Source of the DNA: a bacterium
GTDB lineage: Bacteria > SZUA-182 > DTGQ01
Direction: 5' to 3'
Assembly: GCA_040752695.1 (NCBI GenBank)
Contig: JBFMGO010000027.1
Location: 40,907-56,630 of the forward strand
DNA: 15,724 nucleotides
In this document: positions 7,532-15,259 of the stretch, in pieces
Layout of the letters: every line of letters starts with the position of its first letter
Position numbering within the stretch: the stretch's first letter is position 1
Notes under the pieces: generated by a model
Told to the model about the DNA's origin: nothing
The model's input: only the letters and a program-made list of their open reading frames with translations
Database searches by the model: none
Translations under genes and position numbers: made by a program

Positions 7532-8935
7532 CGTATAAAGAAGCTTTCCCAAAGTAAGGAGAAGAAACCAGCGAGAAATTTTCGCCGAGCTCTCCTGGTG
7601 GGGCATCTTTATCCTGGACGTCTTTCACCTGTCCTCAATGTTTCTTCCCACCCCTTTTTTTGAGCCGGCAGCCACAAAAGTCCTCCACATCCCAGCCATT
7701 TTCCGGAAAAGGAATTGGTAATGATATAAAAGTAATAGCGATAGTATATTTATATCCTCAAGATTTAAAAATCGATCGATTAATTTTTTATATCATCATG
7801 ATGTATAAAAAATTACATATTTTCATCATCAAGATATATATAATGGGTACTCTGTCATTTGTTATAGCCTGCTCTTTTACTGAGATGAATTGGGATTGCT
7901 GATGGTCTGAGAGAGGGGGAGGGCGCGAGAGCGGCCCTCGTTTCTGGTCTATTTAATCTGCAAGCCGTTCATATTCTCTGCCATTCCGTTGCCAATCCAG
8001 TTGTTAATTCATTGACTTCATTATTATTATTTGTCAAAATCCGGTGATGGGAATTATTTGCTGCTCGATCTACCTTTTATGGAGAGGGCCAGGAAGAGCC
8101 TGTTTGATTTTCAGACGAACGATGTTCTATAATTACCCTTATATAGCTAATTATCTGAAGTAATAAGTAGTTAAATAGCAGATGTAAATCACTATAGAAA
8201 ATTAATAATTATAAAGGTTTAATTTTCTGATCTTTTTACCTTGAGATCACTTGGCAGCCAATTTAGAAACAGCAAATAAACAAGTTAGTCCTATTAAGCT
8301 CAGACGGAGGTTAACCGGTATCTTATTAATAATCAAAAAAACAGAGAGATAATCTTCTTAGTACAGGCCGTGTTAATACTACAGCGAGACGGGAACATTA
8401 CCAGTTTGTTACGGAGGGGGCTGGCTTAGACACTGCGCATTAAATACGCGACCAGATAGTGTGTAATAATCCTTCGCTCAGAATGATATTTAAAGTAGGC
8501 AAGGGTGAAGGTAACAAGGAGCGTAATGGATAAGGGGAGGATATCGTCTAATCTTATTAAGTTGAAGGCCCATGCCTTTTTATCGGGTTTGTGCCTTTTG
8601 TTCACCATAGCAGGCAGGACTTTTGTTTCCTGGGGCAAAGGGGGTGAAGGAAGTATTATAGATTTTTTTATCTTTACTCATGTAATTCTGTTTAGATCAG
8701 TGAGAATGGAGGTTAAAAGCTAGGGGAAATTACTGGTCTTACACCACTGCTTACCTGGGTTAAGCAGGGTCAAGGAATCCAGTTGTGCAACCTATTGGCT
8801 TATGGAGCAAAGCTGGCAGGTGAATGCACAAAGTTGATCCAAAGTTGATCTGGATATTTCGCTCTCTGCTGAAGGAGAGACGCAACTTGGGTTAAAGAAC
8901 TGATTGTGAATCTGTATGGTTAGAGAGGAGTAGTT

Positions 8936-9808
8936 ATGAAAAAGAAAAATAGTGTGTTATTATTTGTGTTTTTTTTCGTTATGAGTTCCTTCCTGGTTAC
9001 TGGAACTGCTCACGCCCAAACCTCAACAACAACTAATCCTTTATTAAGTCCCTTTCTCTTTTCAGGGGGAGGATTAGGGCACTTGAGCCCGTATTTACTC
9101 TATGGCCTTTTAGGCAATTCCACCGGTACACAAACTACCAGTAATTTTGGCTTTCCATACCCCTATATGGGTATGGGCGGCATGATGGGCATGGGTGGGT
9201 TAAATCCCTATCTCTACAGCGCATTATTGGGCAATCTGGGTACTACCGGCACGACCCCGACGACCACGGGGAGCCTGGGTTATCCCTATTCTCTCATGGG
9301 CGGCATGATGGGCATGGGTGGCTATGGCCGGCTGAATCCGTATTTATATAGTGGCTTGCTGGGCAATCTTGGTACTACCGGCACAACCGGCACGACCCCG
9401 ACGACCACGGGGAGCCTGGGTTATCCCTATTCTCTCATGGGCGGCATGATGGGCATGGGTGGCTATGGCCGATTGAATCCGTATCTGTATGGCGGACTGC
9501 TTGGAGGCTTGTTTGGCAGCACCACCACTACTCCCACCAGCGGCACATTTTCACCCTTTGGATATGGATATGGATATGGCGGCATGATGGGCGGCATGAT
9601 GGGTATGGGCGGCATGATGGGCGGATTATTTCCTTACCTTTACAGCGGCTTACTGAACCCCCTTACTTCAACAACAACTGTTGCTCCGGCAACGACTGCT
9701 CCTGTCGCGCCAATCGTTACTCCTGTGCCCCCAACAGTTGCTGCTCCGGCGGCAACCATTGTACCGGCGACCACGGTAGTACCTGTAGCTACAGCACTTG
9801 CATTATAA
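8936..9808 (+). CDS. Secreted low-complexity Gly/Met/Tyr/Thr/Pro-rich repeat protein of unknown function
   Basis: GAGGAG SD; Sec signal peptide MKKKN...TAHA|Q; repeats of LxPYLYxGLLG, T-rich spacer and MGGMMGMGG with synonymous divergence between copies; terminator downstream. Confidence 0.9.
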   Translation: MKKKNSVLLFVFFFVMSSFLVTGTAHAQTSTTTNPLLSPFLFSGGGLGHLSPYLLYGLLGNSTGTQTTSNFGFPYPYMGMGGMMGMGGLNPYLYSALLGNLGTTGTTPTTTGSLGYPYSLMGGMMGMGGYGRLNPYLYSGLLGNLGTTGTTGTTPTTTGSLGYPYSLMGGMMGMGGYGRLNPYLYGGLLGGLFGSTTTTPTSGTFSPFGYGYGYGGMMGGMMGMGGMMGGLFPYLYSGLLNPLTSTTTVAPATTAPVAPIVTPVPPTVAAPAATIVPATTVVPVATALAL

Positions 9809-9878
9809 TACCGCTCTTTTTTAACGTATTATAAAATAATATGTTTTCCTTATAATATATAAAGGTTTTAAAGATTTT

Positions 9879-9930
9879 CTCTCACTTCTCTCCTTGAACA
9901 GGAGAGAAGTGAGAGCCTGTTTTTGCTTTT
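9879..9930 (+). terminator. Probable intrinsic terminator
   Basis: 16-bp perfect stem ctctcacttctctcct-tgaac-aggagagaagtgagag followed by cctgtttttgctttt, 70 nt after the stop codon. Confidence 0.75.
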
Positions 9931-10498
9931 AATGCCGATTTTCCGTACCGGCGTTCAATTATTTTAGATTCTGTAACTCGTTAGTCTCTTAGCCATTTTT
10001 TAGCCGTTTAAGCCAGTTGTCATTTAAAGCGATTTTTTGCATGATCTTGTTAAGCGATTTTAAAGCTACCTTTGGTTGATGAGCGGGAATTTTGTTTTTT
10101 TCAGGAAAAGATTCAAAGCTCTTCATTGGGGTTTCCTCTTTGTTTTGCTTAATCAAGTTTTTTTCTCTTTTCTATATCATGTAGAGATGACAGCGCTTGT
10201 GGCTTATTCTGGGGGTGATTTTATTGCCACGGGAAGACTGACTCATTACAGGATACTTTTCTTGCCCAATTTTTCCTCGTAATAATAGAGAAGAGGTGAA
10301 AGAGGGGGGGCGTTCTTCTTCAGGCCTGCCAGGAGGTATTGGCACCATTTTTTTCGATATACATTTTGAAAAACGGGATTACATATCTTTTTATAAAAAG
10401 AGAAAAATATTGTTATAAGTAAATCCCAGGATTGCAATTATTTTCAAAAAGTACTAAAATAAAAATGATTAAGGCCGAATTTTTACCAGACATTTCTT

Positions 10499-10622
10499 CC
10501 TCATTCATGGAAATACAGCTTCGTTCGTGGGAATATAGCTTCGTTCATGGAAAGATAGCTTCGTTCGTGGGAATATAGCTTCGTCTTATTTTTGAGCTTT
10601 GCCTCATTCGTAAGGTACAGCT
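10499..10622. repeat. 20-bp tandem repeat x4 (ABAB pattern) plus two degenerate copies
   Basis: tcattcatggaaatacagct / tcgttcgtgggaatatagct / tcgttcatggaaagatagct / tcgttcgtgggaatatagct; degenerate tcgtcttatttttgagct and tcattcgtaaggtacagct. Confidence 0.9.
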
Positions 10623-10785
10623 ATCTCACGTATCCTTATCGTCCAAGCATCACGTTTATAAACCGTAAAAATGATAAAACTGCAAGAAGGGGGGGGGTTA
10701 AAAATTCGTATATGTCTTTTACCAGTACTCTACCATAATATAAAGAATATAATTTGCGGAATAATCCCAATAAGGAGTCAGGATA

Positions 10786-13530
10786 ATGAAAGGAGAGATG
10801 ATGGAGAGTAAAAGAGAGAGAATTACGAAAAGTCTTGTTGTTTTTCTATTTTTTAGCTTATTATTGGCAGGGACATTGCCGGGTTCTTATGCTCAAACCC
10901 CTGTCCTTTATGCTGCCGGTGGAGAGGTTACTGTTTCCCTATCGCCGGTTATCACAACAACAGATCCCGCTCTATATCCTCCCCAGGAAGAGGTGCCGGT
11001 ATCTCAGATTATCACGGTTACCTTTAGTCAGGATATGGACGTGGAAACAACCCGTTCCGCTTTTGCCTTATATCAGCTTTCTGAAGGTGCCGTTCTGCAG
11101 GTTGAAGGAGTTTGCAGCGTTGAAGGTAAAGTTCTTACCTTTGCGCCTTCGACTCCCCTGGAAGTGGGTTCCATCTATCAGGTCACCCTGAACCAGAGCG
11201 CTACGGATATAAATGGCCAGAACCTGCAAAATGGCTCTTTGGAGGGAGGCGATATCCGATGGTATTTCGTCACGGCAGCCGACACTCTCTCTCCGGAAAT
11301 TACTGATTGCTCGCCAGCTTCGGAAGGTGTGGATGTTTCTCCGGGTACTTCCATCACATTTCACGTTCGGGACAATAATGCAGGTGTTAACCCGGATTCT
11401 GTTGTTTTGACAATTAATGGTGAGCAGGTGATCCCTTCCCTTTCCCCGATGTCAAAGACAGACCTTCAGGTTACCTATCTCCCTGCAACTCCCTTCAGTG
11501 ATGGAGAAGTGGTTACCGTCTCCATCCAGGCCAGGGATTTTGTGGATAATGCAGTAGAGTATTCCTACTCGTTCACCATCGCCCGCAGGATGGATCAATT
11601 CTGGAGCCGGGTGATGGGGTTTGACCTTACAACCATCATCGCCATGGCTGTTGACAGTCAGGATCATCTCTGGACGGTTATGCAGCAAGGACCCGATCAA
11701 GAGCCAGATTGCAGCGGTGGAATCGTAATGTTCGACGGCAGCTACATTCGTTTTCCTCTTGATACCTTGAGTGAGCTTTGCAGCATTAAAGCCACAGCCA
11801 TAGCTGTTGACAGTCAGGATAATGTATGGATTGGCCTGGCCGCAGGCAGTGAGCCGGAAGCTGATCCTAATACCATTCCAAAGCTGGCCAAATTCGATGG
11901 AGATACCTGGACCCTTTACAGCGCCACGGCCCTCGATGTTCCCCCTGAGGAAGAAATCAATGAGATGGCTGTTGACTCTCAGGATCATGTCTGGATGGCT
12001 ACCGCTCAAAGCGGGGTCGTTGAGTTCTATGATGGTTCGAGCCATCACCGGGGACTTGAAGATAATACCCTGGTCAGGGCTGTCACCATTGACGGCAATG
12101 GCGACGTCTGGGCCGGGACGGTACCGTTTGGCGTCATGAAATTGCACGATTCGGTATGGGAGCAGTATTTTTACTCTATCCGTGCCAAAGATCCGATTGA
12201 TTTCACGGTTAATGATCTGGCTGTTGATGACAATGGCAAGGTATGGGTAGCGACGAATGCGGGACTCCTGCAACTGGTTCCGGATGCCGGTACCGGCGAT
12301 CCTCAATGGGTGCACTTTATCCCGGGTGAATTTGTCAATACTGTGGCTGTAGACAGACGTTCAGGCTCTTTGTGGGTTGGAACGAAAGATGGACTTCTCA
12401 GGTTCGATGGTGAGTCGAACTGGGTGAATTATTCCACAGAGGAGTCATACTATCCTCTCTCGACCGAGAGCATCACTCACATTGCCGTAAATCCCAATAC
12501 AAAGCACTACGAAATCTGGGTTGCCAGCAGTACATCTTTGGCCAGGAGAGATGAAAACTGCCCCCGGGTTGCCTCTACCTCACCGCTGGACGGAGCCACG
12601 GATGTATCGAAAAATGCTCCGGTTAAGATAACTTTTTCAGAAACTGTAGAGGCTCTTGATCAGCAGAACCCCACCGGATTTTTCAGTCTGTATGACTCTC
12701 AAAACGTGCCTGTTTCGGGAAACGCCGTCTTTGCTGCTAAAAATATCCTGACCTTTACCCCCTCATCACCTCTGAAAGAGATGGAAACCTATACCATAAA
12801 GGTTACCCCGCAAATCCAGGATCTGACCGGCAACGCGTTCGATGTTGACGGAGATGGCCTGGGTGCAGAAGGAGATGATGTATTCTTTGCCAGCTTCAGG
12901 GTGGAGAATGAGAAAGTGCCACCTCAAATTGTATCCACATCACCACAGAACGGTGTTAAGAACGTATCAAAGAATACGACGGTTAAAATAACCTTCAATG
13001 AGGGTATGGACCATGATTCTGCCGCTTCTTTTGGTTTGTATGATCCAAATCTTGTGGCTGTTTCAGGGAACACCGTCATTGATGGAAATGTTTTGACCTT
13101 TACTCCCTCATCTCCTTTGGAAGAAGGTAAAACCTACACGCTCGAAGCCGGCCGTGAAATGAAGGATCTTGCAGGTAACAGGCTCGATGGAGACAAAGAC
13201 GGCGTGGGAGGAGAAGAAGAGGATACATTCTCCGCCAGCTTCACAGTGCAGGAACAGACAGTACAGCCGTCATATAATGGTGGATGGATGTGGCCGTATA
13301 CGGGTGGATGGAGTGGCATAGGGTGGCTCCCGGGTACCTACACCGGTTTTTATGGCGGTGGCGTAACCGGCCCATTTATGCCGTATAGTTATATGCTGCA
13401 ATGGCCCTGGTATCCTTTTAGCCAAAGCAGCTTCAATATATTCCCTCAAACTCAGCTTATCGGCCTCCAGGGAATGAACAACACGTATCTCCGGAATTCA
13501 TTATTAGCGTTTGGATGGACCTTGTATTAA
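10786..13530 (+). CDS. Secreted multidomain protein: Ig-like (Big_5/SbsA-type) x2, beta-propeller, Ig-like x2, aromatic low-complexity tail
   Basis: Signal peptide ...LPGSYA|QT. Big_5 patterns (TSPxDGAxxVS, ITFSE, LTFTPSSPL, DLxGN) at about 10945-11274, 12559-12903 and 12919-13251, with a related Ig-like domain at about 11281-11583. Repeated [IM]AVDxxxxxWxxT blades (Reg_prop-like) at about 11590-12546. The start could also be 10798 or 10801. Confidence 0.88.
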   Translation: MKGEMMESKRERITKSLVVFLFFSLLLAGTLPGSYAQTPVLYAAGGEVTVSLSPVITTTDPALYPPQEEVPVSQIITVTFSQDMDVETTRSAFALYQLSEGAVLQVEGVCSVEGKVLTFAPSTPLEVGSIYQVTLNQSATDINGQNLQNGSLEGGDIRWYFVTAADTLSPEITDCSPASEGVDVSPGTSITFHVRDNNAGVNPDSVVLTINGEQVIPSLSPMSKTDLQVTYLPATPFSDGEVVTVSIQARDFVDNAVEYSYSFTIARRMDQFWSRVMGFDLTTIIAMAVDSQDHLWTVMQQGPDQEPDCSGGIVMFDGSYIRFPLDTLSELCSIKATAIAVDSQDNVWIGLAAGSEPEADPNTIPKLAKFDGDTWTLYSATALDVPPEEEINEMAVDSQDHVWMATAQSGVVEFYDGSSHHRGLEDNTLVRAVTIDGNGDVWAGTVPFGVMKLHDSVWEQYFYSIRAKDPIDFTVNDLAVDDNGKVWVATNAGLLQLVPDAGTGDPQWVHFIPGEFVNTVAVDRRSGSLWVGTKDGLLRFDGESNWVNYSTEESYYPLSTESITHIAVNPNTKHYEIWVASSTSLARRDENCPRVASTSPLDGATDVSKNAPVKITFSETVEALDQQNPTGFFSLYDSQNVPVSGNAVFAAKNILTFTPSSPLKEMETYTIKVTPQIQDLTGNAFDVDGDGLGAEGDDVFFASFRVENEKVPPQIVSTSPQNGVKNVSKNTTVKITFNEGMDHDSAASFGLYDPNLVAVSGNTVIDGNVLTFTPSSPLEEGKTYTLEAGREMKDLAGNRLDGDKDGVGGEEEDTFSASFTVQEQTVQPSYNGGWMWPYTGGWSGIGWLPGTYTGFYGGGVTGPFMPYSYMLQWPWYPFSQSSFNIFPQTQLIGLQGMNNTYLRNSLLAFGWTLY

Positions 13531-13531
13531 A

Positions 13532-13562
13532 TGTGCATGATTTAATTATTGTGCATGATTTA
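13532..13562. repeat. 13-bp direct repeat, 18-bp period
   Basis: tgtgcatgattta at 13532-13544 and 13550-13562. Confidence 0.7.
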
Positions 13563-13589
13563 CGGTAATCAATTTTAACCTTTTGGAAT

Positions 13590-13654
13590 AAAAAACCGGG
13601 CTCCCTGAAGATAAGCCCAAGGGAAAGCTTTCTTCAGGGAGCCCGGTTTTTTTT
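13590..13654. terminator. Bidirectional intrinsic terminator between convergent genes
   Basis: A6-ccgggctccctgaaga ... tcttcagggagcccgg-T8: 16-bp stem with a U-tract on both strands. Confidence 0.92.
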
Positions 13655-13724
13655 GCCCCTGACTGAATAAATGACCGCGTATTTCTCGCGGCCAATGCTA
13701 CTAATAACTAAGGCCAGAGGATAC

Positions 13725-15221
13725 TTAATAAGGCAGTGGGTGGGCAAGATTGAATGTTCCCTCATCCAGTAATTGGCCCAGGCTGTCTTTCAGGCTGTAT
13801 TTCCCGTCTACCAGGAATTGGCCTGCCCAGATGCACCAGACGCCTGGCGGACACAGGCTATTGCTGGCTGTGCCGGTAAAATCGGCAGTGTAATTTCCGT
13901 TGTTAAATCCGGCCTGAAAGGAGATAGGGCTTGAGCCTCCGGTCGGTGTATAGTGAAAGTTCATCAAATATCCCTGTCCCAGATCATACGGAGAGTCAGC
14001 CATCTCAACGGTTTGATTTTCCCGGTCAATAGTTAGTTTCCCTCCGCTGGCCGGGTTGTTCTGGCTTTGCCACGCTCCTTCCATTTTAATGGGTGCAGGA
14101 GCTGCCTTCACAATGGGGTCTAGACAGGAGGGCATAGTCAGATAACTTTTGAAGATGCACAGGGCATCTGCAGGAGTAACAGAGCCGTCCTGGTTTACAT
14201 CAGCACAATCTGAACAGGAACCGAGTTTCAGGTAGCATCGAAAGGCAATCAAAGCATCTTCCGGGGTTAATTTTCCATCTGCGTTAAGATCACCCTCCTG
14301 GCAGTGAGCGATACAGATGCACCCCGGGCTTGAGGAAAAAGAGGCCAGGCTGCCTCGGAGATTCTCCAATTGCAGGGTGTAACATCGGCTCTCCTGTACT
14401 GTCTGCTCCGCCTCTGCCGGTTTACATTCCCCTCTGAAATAGGCCCATTCTTCGCATTCACTCCCATTACTGAAAATACAGACCCCGTATTGATTCCCCT
14501 CTGCGTCTTTTCTTATTTCCAGCCTGCCTCCCTGGTTTATGCAATAAACAGAGGCAGGATTAGCGATGCCAACCCCCTGCTGCTCAAGACTTTCCCGGGC
14601 ATTCTCCGTGTTTCCCTGTGTATTCTCGGTGCCTTGCGGCACATTCCCAGGGCTTTGCGGCATATCCTCCTCTTCCCCCCGCATCTGGCTGTCCTCCTCT
14701 TTTGCCTTAAAGTTCAACCAAACCAGGTATCCGCTCGCTCCTTTGGGAATGGTACGATCGGATGAGACACCAGCTATACTAACCCTGCCGGGAGCAATCG
14801 GCGTAACCTCAGGCGAAGCGGAGGGACCGGCCAGATCACCCGGATCAAAGCCCAAAAACTCCAACGCCTGTTCCGGATAAGTGACATCAAAGCCGAAGGT
14901 ATCGACTTGACAGGGTGCATGCTGAATCCTCACCGCAACCCGAACATTTTCACCTGTTCTCGCCCTGACTCCTTCGATATCCAATGCTCCTGAATCACTC
15001 TCAAGGCATTGGGAAGCAGGGAGATAGGAGCTTTTTCCATCGATAGTACCAGGGACATTGGTGAATAGAGGGCTCTCCTTCACGTATACCGCCCCCTCGA
15101 ATACGGCTTTGGCTCCAGCCAGAGGGACATGAAAGGCAAGTGATGCCACTAGGACGGCCAAAATGCAACTTCCGAGGACTGATCCTCCCGATACCTTTAA
15201 TCTTGCTTTGTCTTGTTTCAT
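13725..15221 (-). CDS. Secreted cohesin-, DUF333- and dockerin-domain protein
   Basis: Signal peptide (...VPLAGA|KA); cohesin-like GENVRVAVRI...FGFDVTYP...L...GDL...GYLVWLNFKA; DUF333 signature IANPASVYC..QGG...GVC..C EEWAYFRGEC; dockerin duplicated Ca-loops GDLNADGKLTPEDA / ADVNQDGSVTPADA; unassigned beta-rich C-domain. Confidence 0.87.
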   Translation of the reverse strand: MKQDKARLKVSGGSVLGSCILAVLVASLAFHVPLAGAKAVFEGAVYVKESPLFTNVPGTIDGKSSYLPASQCLESDSGALDIEGVRARTGENVRVAVRIQHAPCQVDTFGFDVTYPEQALEFLGFDPGDLAGPSASPEVTPIAPGRVSIAGVSSDRTIPKGASGYLVWLNFKAKEEDSQMRGEEEDMPQSPGNVPQGTENTQGNTENARESLEQQGVGIANPASVYCINQGGRLEIRKDAEGNQYGVCIFSNGSECEEWAYFRGECKPAEAEQTVQESRCYTLQLENLRGSLASFSSSPGCICIAHCQEGDLNADGKLTPEDALIAFRCYLKLGSCSDCADVNQDGSVTPADALCIFKSYLTMPSCLDPIVKAAPAPIKMEGAWQSQNNPASGGKLTIDRENQTVEMADSPYDLGQGYLMNFHYTPTGGSSPISFQAGFNNGNYTADFTGTASNSLCPPGVWCIWAGQFLVDGKYSLKDSLGQLLDEGTFNLAHPLPY

Positions 15222-15259
15222 TGTTTACCCCCCTTTTGATTGAGTTTTATAACCAGGAG

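Noticed and set aside
8936..9808. Magnetosome Mms6/MamD-like protein or GroEL fragment
   Set aside because: No acidic C-terminus, no sustained LG repeat and no mam genes. GGM similarity to the GroEL tail is only compositional.
10339..10356. sigma54 promoter TTGGCAC upstream of the 914-aa gene
   Set aside because: No GC at the -12 position (TT follows GG-N10).
677..10437. Short intergenic track ORFs (677-943, 844-1092, 1187-1444, 7344-7628, 7660-7902, 8426-8638, 8505-8723, 10076-10282, 10246-10437)
   Set aside because: Mostly non-ATG starts, no clear SD, no motifs, and several run through repeats or palindromes. A real small protein cannot be fully excluded.
10499..10622. CRISPR array
   Set aside because: Units abut without unique spacers, the 20-bp period is too short, and no cas genes are present.
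10786..13530. Hybrid two-component sensor (Reg_prop blades) or autotransporter (terminal aromatic residue)
   Set aside because: No TM helix, kinase or receiver domain, and no beta-barrel-length C-terminal domain.
323..14880. Track ORFs overlapping called genes (e.g. 323-508, 1694-2239, 3930-4352, 4593-4925, 6219-6647, 11452-12315, 14370-14765)
   Set aside because: Antisense or off-frame shadows of well-supported genes, with no recognisable motifs.
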